In this document: positions 29,650 through 41,766 of the stretch, one piece after another
Numbering within the stretch: the first letter of the stretch is position 1
Layout: the number at the start of each line of letters is the position of its first letter
Source of the DNA: Eledone cirrhosa
Lineage: Eukaryota
Direction of reading: 5' to 3'
Length of the DNA stretch: 64,000 bases
NCBI GenBank assembly: GCA_964016885.1
Contig: OZ024746.1
Coordinates: forward strand, 59,892,001-59,956,000
Notes under the pieces: model-generated
What the model saw: only the letters and a program-made list of their open reading frames with translations
Told to the model about the DNA's origin: nothing
The model's database searches: none
Position numbers and translations under genes: made by a program

Positions 29650-32600
29650 AAGTAGTTTTAAATAATCAAAATACCATCAATGATAATAAGTCTTCAATTA
29701 GCTGGGAAAGGGAAGAGTATAAACAGTTAAAACATATCCTTAGAGAAACTTTCCAAATAGAGATTAATCTGTGTATGAAACTTTCTCTCCAAAAAAGACC
29801 TAAAACAACAATAAACCAAATAATGAAATTCTGCGTGCTATCAACGGAATTATAGGTGAATATTTATGACAAATTAAAGCCCCTATACATTGGCAAGTTA
29901 ACATAGAAATGACAGTGAAGCATTATCTTGGTGATATTAGAGATGTTAACAGAAACAAATCACAAAAAATGCCATCGTATATTTCAAATATAGAAAAAAA
30001 CGATCGCTGACTTATGACAAACTATCAGCCATGCAGCAATGCTTATTACATGTAAACAGAAACAAAACATCTACACTCCTCACCAACAAAGAGTGAAAAA
30101 TAAAATAGAAATGTTTGGTGACAGTACAAACAAGAACTGAGAGCTGTCAGCAAGAAACTCTGATATAAGAGAGTGACTAAAATGAAAATGATTAACCCAT
30201 TGACATTTAAACCGGCCACATCCGGCCAGAATTCTCTCACCTCTTTCTGTTCAAACCGGCCATAATCGACTGCTCATACTGACATTAAGGTATTGTTCTC
30301 AAAATAAATAATATCATCAAAATCTCCTAGATTCCATATTATGTGAGATAAAGCCTTTACGCTGAAAATATAATAGTTAATGCTAAAGAGTTAAAACAAG
30401 ATTCGCCCGAAACCAAACTATAGAGATATGAGGGGGAAATCAATAAAAGTCCTTGAGGCACCATCCTAGAAAGATATAGATTCCTTCTGAAGATAAATAT
30501 GCTGAGGAAAAGAGATTCAACTAAGATGCAGTATATGGTTGAAAAAGATCCAAATGAATTATTGCCCCTACTTTACACCAAAAACATGCAGCATCAATGA
30601 GATGCCCCAAGACTGGGATAGGAAAACTCCAAGATAAGAAAGTGCCAGGACGAAACTTGATTGTCGGCTATTGGTACAAAATACTAACTTCCTATTGGAT
30701 GTATCTTATCAACCTTTACCAGCAATCTCTCAAGGGAGACATATATATATATATATATATATACCAAGCTTATTGACATTAACAGAAACAAAATTGGTCC
30801 CTAAAAACGAAGAAACTCACTGGGCAAAAAACTACCAACTTATTGCATGCTAGAACCTAATGTATAAAATGTATACAACCTGTCTGTACCTAATCCTCTG
30901 GGTACACTGTGACAATAATAAAATCATCACAGATGATCATGCAGTTGAGAAGAGAGGAGTTGAGGGAGTGAGCAAATCCTAATTAACAAAACCACTATGT
31001 GAGAGATGCACCAACATAGAACTTAGTCTGGCTGGACTACAGCATTTGATTCTGTTCTCCACTCTCAGATGCTAGAGGCCCTTCAACTTGCTAAAGTCTC
31101 CAACACCATTATCAGAGCCATAGAGAACCTACCGTCTTCCTGGGCCACTATCCTAAAATCAGAGAAGGACTATATTCTCACTGATAAAATAGAATATTAC
31201 GGGGATATATTTCAAGGAGACAGTCTCTCTACGATGCTATTTATACTGTCAGTAAAACCCTTGTCCTTTATGCTGAGGAAATACGAAGGATATATAATCA
31301 GTTCATAGGAGGCCAGAAACACAAACTTAACACAGCTTCTTTGTGGCTGACCTGAAACTTTATGCCAAGAATATAAATGATACGAAGAAAAACCTTGATC
31401 TGGTTATGACATTCTCAAAAGATACAGGAATGGCTTTTGGCCTAGATAAATGTTCCTATATGATTGTAAAGCAAGGAAAAACTACAAGCCAATCTAGCAA
31501 CATCTCTATCAATGGCTTCACTGTTCCACCAGTATTTGACAAGGTCTGGTACAGATACTTAGGGATAGATGAAAATATATCCTATTATGATTTTTGTAAC
31601 AAAGTATGAGTAACTAGGGAATATAACATCCAAATTAAAAAAAATATGGTCTTCTGAACTCTCTGCACACAAATCAGTAGCCCACAATGTGTTTGTTGTG
31701 CCTGTACTGACACCAAAAATTTGGACTACTTGACTGGACACTAGATGAGATCCGAGTCATTGATTTTAAAACCCAAAACGTTCTAACTGGCACCAGAAAT
31801 TTCCATACCAATAGTGACATAGGCTGCCTCTACCTAAAACGTGAACAGGGAGGCAGAGGCTTAACATCAATCCAAACAGCATTGGAGTGTTGTATCATAT
31901 CCCTCTGACATCTACAAACCACCAAGCATAGAAGCTCATCTATAGATCAAGTCTGTCTATATGAGGCAGATAGCATCAGGAGAGGTTTTATTACTTAGGA
32001 GTTGCTCAACACACCACTCCCAAACCTCTTTCTTCCCAGCTGCTTGCTCATCTGTGATAATTTTCTTATTGTCACAGTGATACTGGAGAAATAGGTTCAG
32101 ACAGGCTTGAGAAATACTTCCTGCAATATAACCAAAAATTCACACCCAGGGAAATTGAACAGCAATAACACAATCCATGAAAGAAAAGCTGCATGTTTAT
32201 CAGCAAAAGATCATGCATGGCTATGTTGCCAGAAAGCTTCAAAGAGAATAATATAGATAAGCAAAGCACTTTCTATATGAACCAACAACCAGTATATTTG
32301 TAGTGAAACAGTTCTCAGGTGGTTGCTTTATTAAAATACAGACCTTTAACCTCAGTCAGACTTCTTTTATTTGAGCTAACAGTGTCACCATTTAGATGTA
32401 TTGCCTTTGTTTAAAAGGAAATTATCAAGGGCCAGGTGTATGATGTTTTCTGAGCACACAATCCTTATAAATAAAAAAGATTTTAACCCCAGGATAGCAG
32501 AGCTTTTTTCATCATTCTGCCACAGGTTTCTTTGCTCTGCAACATACAGACAGCACAGTTCACCATGTAGCCACACACACATACACACTCGCTAGCCAGC

Positions 32601-33700
32601 TTTATTGGCTCAGTGCTGGCTATGAACACCAACACCACAGATTAGTAAATTTACTACTTTAAGATTCAACATTCACACACAATCAAAGCACTACAATTAT
32701 ATGTGTACCTTTTCTGTTGTTCATTATTACTGCACATGATTTCACAGTAAATCATGCAACCAATAAAAATATAAAAATTAGCATCAATGTGAATCGTTTT
32801 TCCCACAGTAATATCACAACACTACAAGCAACTACAACTACAGGTTTCCTTGACCATGGTAAGATTTCACAGCAACAATTGTTTTGACTCACTGAGACAA
32901 ACTTCACTCACTTGTCATAGACTCATTCAACTACTTCATCTTGCAGCTCCTACAACACCATCCAACAAATGAACTAAACAAACAAACAATATTCTTTATC
33001 ACCACTAAATATTGGCTCACACTTTGAAGGAAATGCTTTTTCAATCCAAGAACAGGAAATAACAATGAAACGCCTAATGCACCAAAGAGATAGAGATGTA
33101 AGCAAAACACCTAGAAGTGACAACAGATGCAGACTCTGCAGAATAAACATCAAAGATGTCACCCACATCATAAGCAGCTGTCCAAAGATGTCATCACAAT
33201 ACTATCTACCTATGAGGCATGATGTAGTGGCCAAAACACAACAAAATGCATTCCATAGGATAGTCATGAGAATAAACATATAAAAAGTTACAGTGATGTG
33301 GAGGACATGCATACATAATATGAAAGAGTTCTGGTGGAATGTTACAGTCAAACCCCAATAAAATGCAAACATAAAAGGCCAGACACTGATATGGGACAGA
33401 GAAAAGAAGGCATACATAGTAGTGGAAACCAGCTACCCTGCAGATATTAGTATAATGCTAAATATTAGCTAAAAAGAGAATATTTACGATAAACTACTGA
33501 GGAATCTGCAGATACTCAATCCTGACTTTACCTTTAGATATGTACCTGTAATTATTGGGGCTCTTGGATCTGTTTGTATCTGCCTCAGTACAAATCTTGA
33601 GAACCAGAAATAGTAGGGCTAGTTAAGAAGTTGCAAGTACAGTCCATTAATGGAACTGTAAAAATATGTAAAACATTTCAGAAATTCAGCATATACACAT
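29650..33700 (+). mobile_element. Degenerate RLE-type non-LTR retrotransposon (R4/NeSL-like), interrupted by insertions
   Basis: IFQGDSLS, ADLKLYAK, FGLDKC, YRYLGIDE, CRLC..THIISSC..RHDVVAK zinc knuckle, RPD..E endonuclease remnant, VPVIIGALG. Confidence 0.8.
30192..30395. mobile_element. TTAA-flanked piggyBac-type MITE (second copy at about 37385-37594)
   Basis: ttaaccc..atttaaaccggcc...atgctaaagagttaa. The two copies share their internal sequence. Confidence 0.7.
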
Positions 33701-34027
33701 ATATAGATACAGAAATATATGCACATGAACACATATAACACAAAACATACAGATCCACACATGCAATAACACCAACACCTGCACACACATACATACGCAT
33801 TTACCTAGTTGTCTAAATTCCAATGAAAGAGTCTTGTTATAAAACCAGACGAACATTCAAACATATACATATATATAATTGTTTTGCATCTATTTTCCAT
33901 GCTACCATGGGTTGAATGGATCATCACAGTCCAAAAGTATGGATCGGATAACCATACACATACTCATACATTCCTTCCATATACTGTACCATTTGTGTTG
34001 TCATTTACCTTTTACTAACACACACAC

Positions 34028-34072
<45 letters not shown>

Positions 34073-34406
34073 GTGTATACATATAATCTGGTTTAAAAAA
34101 GGAGCAATATATCCTTGTGTTGTTAGAAGAGCCTAAAAGATCAGTATTAGATAGGGCATCCGGCTGTAAAACTTTGACTCAAAAAGTCCTGTCCAACTCA
34201 TGACAGAATGGAAAAGCCAGTGTAAAAACAATGATGATGATGTGTTGGTTGCTTTTTCCATTTGTTTGCACACACAACTGTATTATACATATATGTCTGG
34301 GTATGTGATGTGAATATCTATATGCGTGTGTAGGTTTGTATGCATGTGTGAAATTGGTCTGTATGGGAGATGTACAAGGAGTGTGCTTACAGTGGATAAT
34401 TCATGA

Positions 34407-34540
34407 CTACAATATGGGCCGACCAAGACGTCTGAAAACACCACTGCTGTCCCCATTGAGAGGGTCTGTTGTGTCTTGTAGATCATCTGCAGTGGAGCTC
34501 ACTTCTGAACTTCTCTGGAGCCCAAGCCGAGATTTCACAC
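34407..34540 (-). CDS. C19orf47: C19orf47-like last coding exon with stop
   Basis: ttcttaacag|GT; encodes GVKSRLG...SGVFRRLGRPIL*, resembling the C19orf47 C-terminal VFKRLGR. Summed CDS is 1209 nt = 402 aa plus stop. Confidence 0.88.
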
Positions 34541-34579
34541 CTGTTAAGAAATAAGTAAAACAAGATTTATACACCTGTT

Positions 34580-34910
34580 GATAAATTAGTCACCGCTCCC
34601 AGGTGCACCTCATGAACATCAGAAGATGCTGTTGTGATCTGGTTTAAGAGACCAGCAAAGTATTCTCTTTACCTCTCAAGGATTCACCTCTCTGAAGAAA
34701 GGAGAACCCCAGATGCGTTCTTGATAGCACGTGTGGAGGAGAGCTTCTTATTACAAAGTTGGCGGACGGTCTGCCAGAACACTTTATTTGCTGATCTGAA
34801 GTCAGATTTCAGCTTAACCCCAAAGTCCTCCCATGTCTTAACTTTGGACACTTTTACTGTGGAAGAAGGAAGACTTATTTCCATATTAACAGCAAAAACT
34901 GAAATTGCTG
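34580..34910 (-). mobile_element. LINE (RTE-like) internal fragment
   Basis: TWEDFG..DFRSANKVFWQTVRQL...EYFAGLLN, typical of the linker between APE and RT. Confidence 0.6.
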
Positions 34911-36194
34911 ATACTATCTGCCAGTCACAATTCTTGGCAGAAGCATCACTGCATTTCCTGTGACAGGAGGCAGGATTTGAACTCAGAAATCCATAGAGCC
35001 AGAACAAATACAAATCATTCCATCAGACACTTTAAAAAATCCACCAATCACCAACCCTGGATTGGTACATTTTTATCAACCCCAAAAAGATAAAGAGCAA
35101 AGTTAATCTCAGTGGAATTTTGAACTCAGAGCACAGAGGGCCAGAACAAATATACTAAGGTACTTAATCTAATGCAATAACAATGATGTTAATTCACTTA
35201 TCTTTATATCTGTTGATAGATAACAAAACAATGTTAATAAGGCTGTGTGCTTAAGCAGTTCATTTTACAATCATATGGTGTTTGAATTCTATCCCACTAT
35301 GTGGCATTTACAGCAGTAGGGTCTTCTATTATAGCCATAGGTAAACAAATGCCCTGCAAGTGAATTTAGTCTTTGTGTCTATCTGTGTTAATGTGTGTGT
35401 GTATCTGCTCTTTGTAACACTGCAGGAGGTGATATTTGTTTATGCTCAATGTAAAGTTATATATATTTTACTAAATTACTCCAAATTCTTCTTCATTATC
35501 TTCAAAAATATTTCAAAATCATACACAGTGTCTTTCATTAGAAATATGAGAATGGCAGAGTTAAATGTAATATAAACTTTCTACAGTGCTGGCACCATAA
35601 TAAAATCTACCTAGTGCACTCTTTAAAGTGGTTGACAAACAAAATGAGACAACATAGGATAGTGACGACTCTTGAGCCTTATTAAGAAAATAATACTCTA
35701 GTGCTGGTGCACCAATAAAATGCATCCAGTAGATTCTGTAAAGTGGTTGGCAAACAAAAGGAGACAACAAAGGATAGTGAGGTCTCTATAGTCTTATTAA
35801 GGGCATATCTCTAGTACCAGTATTACAATAATGCACACAGTACACTCTGTAAAGTGGTTAGTGTTAGGAAAAGTCATCCAGCCATTGAAATCATGCCAAA
35901 AACGCAATCTATATAAGCAAGATGTGGCACCCCCAACCCATCTAGGGAGCAGTAAGAACTGACTTGGTCTGGGATGACTGGTCCAAGCCAACTACACATA
36001 GAATAATAATCCAATAAGCTCATGAAAACATATAGTTGTTATTGAGGTATTAGGTTAGTATAAAGTTGGAATTACTACAATTAGAAAGCATCAGAAATCA
36101 GAAAATATTTTACTTAGTAATTTAATAAACAACACTAAACCTAAACACGGCACAGCAAAAATAAAACAACTGAAATGTCTGAATTTATATAGTT

Positions 36195-36580
36195 AAAAAA
36201 CATATTCTGTGTGTGTGGATGAGCTGTAATATTAATGTGCATGAGCAACAGAGCACCAATGAGCAAAGAGAACAACTGGGTATAAGAGGAGTCAGAGAAG
36301 GCTGCGCGCTGGAATAGACATGTGATATATAGATATAGATATATATATATATATATGGATGATGATTGTTGGGTGAAGAAATACTAAGAAATCCAAATGG
36401 AAGGAAACTGCTGAAGAGGAAAACCAAGGAAGACTTGGACAGAGGTGGTGAGAGCTGATCTCAGGGCACTGAACCTCATAATGGAGATGATGAAAGAATG
36501 CAACAAGAAGAGGGAGGGTGTGCTCTGAAGATCTGTCCTACTCAGACAAGCATAAAAAAAACAGACGTAATATGATCATG
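36195..36580 (+). mobile_element. Degenerate RTE 3' end
   Basis: Similar to 49900-50206 (aactgggtataagagg; ccaaggaagacttgg; gagagctgatctcagg). Confidence 0.65.
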
Positions 36581-37643
36581 AGGATGTTGTTATATATACA
36601 TAAGCATGTTAAGATTATTTTCACTGATAAAGCATGGGTTTACAATGTTTTACTGCTCATCTTAACGCAACAACAATTTCAGTTGCCTCTTACAACACAC
36701 AGGGTTAATAATAATACTAATGTGATAATTTCATAGTGATATTTAAGCCACAGCAATATGTTAGGAATAGCGATATTGATAGCAATACTATAGCAATATA
36801 TGTCAGCAATACCACAATAACAATTCAATATTCCATTAATAAATCAAATCAATACAACATTCCAATATCATTTGCCATGTATATATGAAATATATATATA
36901 TATACTTACTAACATCAGAAACTAAGAGACTGGAAATGAAAATATAAATAAAATAACAATCTCTTTATAATGATGTTAAAGTATGTATGCAGCTGAAAAA
37001 TAAACCCCCTTTCTACCACCTTCTCAAAGTCAAAACACACACCACCGCTGTCTGTCTATCCATCTATCTGAATTACCAAATACATATTTAATACTATCTC
37101 CATTGCGGAGTTCAGTGACCCACTGGTTAGGGTGTTGGGCTCACAATCAAAATGTCATGAATTCAACACCACAAACAGGGTGGTGTGTTGTACTTCACAT
37201 TATTCCAGTCCACTCAGATGAAAAAATCAGTTCCAGCAGTAGGTGGGGGTTAACCATGTGATGGAGTGACACATAGTCCAGGAGAGTGCAGTACTCTCAA
37301 TTGCTTAATGTCACATGAAACCAGAATTAGTTCCCCGGACATTATTTAAGTCACAGATTTGACCTTTTAACCAGAGGATTTTTTTTAACCTTTTAGCATT
37401 TAAACCGGCCATATCTGGCCAGAATTCCCTCACCTCTTTCTATTCAAATCAGCTGTAAGTGGCTGCTCATACTGATGTTAAGGTATTGTTCTCAAAATAG
37501 ATAATATCAAAATCTCATAGAATCGATATTATGTGAGATAATTATGTGAAAATATAATAGTAAAAATAAAGTAATGTAAATGCCAAAGGATTAAATAATA
37601 ATAAGCATCTGAAAACAAAAACAAAACAAAAAATAAAACCTAC

Positions 37644-37820
37644 CTTTCTTTGATAAACCATCAGATGAATCAGATTTTTCAAAATGCTTTTTGGATGTCG
37701 TACTTGTGGCTGGTGCTGTGATCTTGCCCAACCTTTGTTTCACACTCACAGATTCCAGGGGTTTGGCATCAGGTGACAGAATACCAGCTGTCGTTATTGG
37801 TGCTTCCAAACTAGAAGAAG
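37644..37820 (-). CDS. C19orf47: C19orf47-like exon 7
   Basis: tttttctag|CT...AAAG|gtaggt, 177 nt, phase 1 to 1. Contains SVKQRLG. Confidence 0.85.
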
Positions 37821-38187
37821 CTAGAAAAAAAGGCAAAAGAAAATGAATATGTAATCTTACAAATATTTAATAGTTCCATGATTTCGAATAAAGAACCCTT
37901 TTGTTAGGGAAAAATGCAGAAGAAAGATCAGAGAATGGAATTAAATAAATTATTTTGGAAATATTTAGTAGTTCCTCACATTCCTTATATTTTAAGTAAA
38001 ATATCCCTTAACAAATGAAAAATGCTAATGAAGTATCAGAAAGTGGAATTAAATATATTATCAAGTTTGTTAACTCATTTTTCAAGACTATCTTTCTCAT
38101 AAGAAGTCAAAATCACCATCATTTTACCTTTGCCATACTTTAACCAAATACTCTCACAGAAGTGAGGCAATAAAACTGAGTACTCAC

Positions 38188-38503
38188 TGTGACATTTCTG
38201 TGAAAGAGGTATGGCACTGGAACTCGGAGTATTTGTAGTTGAGACAGCAGCGGCACTTCTTAAGTGAGAAGTAATTTTCTTATAGACAGAACCAGTCTTG
38301 TTAATAGATTTAATCTGTTTGGGTTTCTTGGCTTTCATCTGGCCTGATAACGACTTTAATATCCCAGCATATTCCAGGGGTGGGCCACTGATAGTATCAT
38401 CTCCAGACGTGGAACTTGCTGGCCGTTTAAGAATCGGTTTATCTCCAAGACGAGCAAAGACAGATGAGGGTGTAGATCCTGGAGGTGTTGTTGTTGATGA
38501 AAC
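38188..38503 (-). CDS. C19orf47: C19orf47-like exon 6
   Basis: ctctgtag|GTT...CACA|gtgagt, 316 nt, phase 0 to 1. Contains SVFARLG and LEYAGILK (cf. LQYAGVLK in C19orf47). Confidence 0.9.
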
Positions 38504-39286
38504 CTACAGAGACATACAGATATAGACACAAATAAAACAAAAATACACAATTACAGGTTAAAGATAAATATTTTACAAATAGGTGCAGGCATGGCTATGT
38601 AGGTAAGGAGTTCACTTCGTAACCATATCATCTTCAATACAATCTTGCTGTGCAGCATCTTGGAGAAGTGCCTTCTGATATAGCCAAAGTTGACTAATAT
38701 CTTATAGTTGAAACTCTGTGGAAGTCCATTGTATGTATATATGTATATATAAAAAGATTCAGGACCCCAATGGCTGAGCTCCAGCTGTTTCAACAGCTAA
38801 ATTCTGAATCTTTTCATATTACCCACTCTACTACCGCAAGTATCGAGTACTCTGTTGGGTTATGTTCCACCTGGTATCTTACCATACCCTCTCTGAAAAG
38901 GCTCCCTGTCCACACTGTAAATGTGGTTGGTGTTAAAAAGGGCATCCAGCTTTTAAATAAACCTGCCAGAGACGCTTCCGTGAGAGCGAGACATGATCTC
39001 CCGACCATTCCCGCATCAAATGGAACAAAACCGTCTAACCCATGCTAGCATGGAAGATGGACGTTAAATGATGATGATGATATATATATATATATAATTT
39101 TGTAAGCCCCCAAACAGTCATGAATGACCAAGGACTTGCACCTAGAAAGTTCCCTTCTGAGGCATAAGCACAAGCAAGGTGTTTTTTGTAGAAAACTAGT
39201 AGTCGACCATACATACCAGTCTATCCTCTCCATACCACCCATGTTGTCCAAGAGTAAGGCAAAGGCCAATACAGCTTTTGGCTTAA

Positions 39287-39991
39287 CCCTTTAGTGTTCA
39301 AACCGCCCGAAACCGGCCGAAATTATTTCCCTTCATTTGTTCAAAAGCACTGGATTATTTCTTTTTGTTTTTACCACAAATTTTCTTCGAAGTTGTAGCA
39401 GAAGAGATTAATCGATATGCCAAACAACAGATTTCAAATCGAGGAAAACCCGATCTGTTTGGCGACCGACAGATGCTGCGGAAATGCAAGCATTTTTTAC
39501 CGTAAATATTATGTTCAGTATAAAACAATTTCCAAGACTGTGGAATTACTGGAGCACTGATATAAGGTTTAGTGATCCTTATATATCAAGTATTATGCCA
39601 AAAACAATGTATTTAAAATTAAACCAGTATTTGCACCTGGTTGATACTTCAAATGCCCCTATTAATTAATTTCACCTGCCCATAAAAATCAGGTAAAATT
39701 ATATAATTGTAAATTATTGATATTTAAACATCTACTGACAAAATTTCAAGCCTGCACATAGAAAATTACAAACAAATAAAATTGATAACCCTCTTGAGTA
39801 TGATTAACTCAAAATAATTATTTCTATTTTTGGCACAAGGCCAGCAATTACCCAGTACCCTGGTACTTTATTTTATTGGCGCCGTAAGGATGAAAGGCAA
39901 AGTTGACCTCGACGGGATTTGAACTGAGATTAACTCAAAATAATGCGAACAGATAAGCATGACATTTGAAAATTAATGTGAAGCTAAAGGG
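39287..39991 (+). mobile_element. Internally deleted piggyBac-like transposon
   Basis: TTAA on both sides, TIRs CCCTTTAG/CTAAAGGG. PGBD4-like remnant EINRYA...EMQAFF...NYWST...ISSIMP...YLHLVD. Confidence 0.82.
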
Positions 39992-40149
39992 TTAAGTGAT
40001 ATCACAACTTATTTTTTCCTGTTGAGTGAACTTGAGCAATGTTAAAAAACGTGTTTTGCTCAAGGACACAACACACTACCAAGTCAGGGAATTGAACACA
40101 ACAACCTCACGATAGTAACCTAGTGTTCTAATGCACACATATACATAAC

Positions 40150-40540
40150 ATCATCATCATCATCACCGTTTTACGTCCGTTCTTCCACACTAGCATGGGT
40201 TAGACGGGTTGTCCTGTTGTGGGCTGTGTCCGGTCAGCTGACCTTGCTCCAGTTTACGGGAACTGATTCTGGCTTGATTTCTACAGCTGGATGCCCTTCC
40301 TAACACCAACCTCATTTACAGTGAGTGCTGGGTGCTTTTTTGCCGTGGCACCTCCACGACCACTGCAGTGGAATGATAAGGAATCTGGTCCTATCATCTC
40401 ATTTCTACAGCTGAGTAAACTGGAGCAATGTGAAATAAAGTGCCTTGCTCAAGGAAACAACACATCACCCAGTCTGAGAATTGAACTCACAACCTTTCGA
40501 TTGCAAGCCCAATGCTCTAACCACTAAGCCATGTGCCTTC
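40150..40540 (-). mobile_element. tRNA-derived SINE family B (V-domain-like centre, RTE-type tail)
   Basis: TGGCTTAGTGG A box, GTTCAATTC B box, ccttgagcaag core, ggaagggcatccagctgtagaaa, (TGA)n tail. Confidence 0.82.
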
Positions 40541-40806
40541 ATATATATGTGTGTGTGTATATATATATATATAATCATCATATGCATGTGTATATGTATG
40601 TATGTTTGTATGTACTTATTCATGTCCTTATCTGCTTATCTCCAATAATTTAGTTGTTCACCAAAAAGAGATTGATAAAATAAGTACCAGACTTGAAAAA
40701 AAAATACTGGGATTGATATGGGTGATTAAAATCCCTTTAATGTGGTGCCTTAGCATGACCACAGTCTAATGACTGGAACCCATAAAAGAACATAATATAC
40801 ACAAAC

Positions 40807-40976
40807 CTTTGAAGAACTCGTACTTCGAACAATGACATTTCCAGAACCTGTTAAGGTGATTTTTGTAGAGCCAGGGGAGTTGGTAGTGGTGTTGTTGCTG
40901 CTACTGCTGCTGCTGATGTTGCTGCCGCTGTCTCCAAGACGTTCAAACACAGATGACTTTCGGGAATTCTTCCATT
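40807..40976 (-). CDS. C19orf47: C19orf47-like exon 5
   Basis: tttttctag|AA...AAG|gtttgt, 170 nt, phase 1 to 0. Contains SVFERLG. Confidence 0.85.
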
Positions 40977-41580
40977 CTAGAAAAATAGCAGAGTATCTTG
41001 GACCATAAGAGAAATTGTGTGTGTGTGGTGTGTTTGTATGATGTGTATGTATGGAGTGTGATGCATACTTGTGTGGCGTATGTGTTTGTGTGGTGTGTGT
41101 TGTATGTGTATGTGTGATACGGTGTGTTTGTATGGTGTGTGATGCATGTTTGTGGTTGTGTATGTGTTTCTGTCATGGGTGTACATGTTTGTGTTAGTGT
41201 GATGTATGTATGTTTGTGTGATATGTGTGTGTTTGTGTTTGAATTTGTGTGTGTGTATCTATAAGTTTCTATGTGTATCTGTGTCAGTGGCATGTATATC
41301 TGTGTTTGTGGAGGGTTTATATGTGTATGCGTATGTGTGCATGTCTGTGGTTTAATAATCTAATCTTTTCATAATTATGCCAGTGTTTGTAACATTACTT
41401 CATAAAAAGACCCTACATAAAATTATAATGGAATTTTATGTAAGAACCTTTGTTATCTTCCAAATAACAGCTTAATAATAAGGAAGTTAGTTATGTTGCT
41501 AAATCCCTTTCTTTAGAAATATGGTAACAAAAGGGTTAATTAGTAAATATGAGAGAAAAAAATGGAAAAGAATAAATTAC

Positions 41581-41685
41581 TTTCTGTTGAAGAGACATCA
41601 TCATAAAGTTTGGCTGGTTGTTGTGTGTTCATAGGGACTGCATTGGGGTCCTTCCCCAAATAATAATCCACTATTCGACTAGCAG
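41581..41685 (-). CDS. C19orf47: C19orf47-like exon 4
   Basis: ttaattccag|CT...GAAA|gtaatt, 105 nt, phase 1 to 1. Encodes AASRIVDYYLGKDPNAVPM..., and STAASRI resembles the conserved TSAASRM. Confidence 0.85.
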
Positions 41686-41766
41686 CTGGAATTAAAATAA
41701 TTCCAAATAAATATGTAACATTGACTTTTTAAAAGAAAAGAAAAATAACTTTAATATCTGATATAT

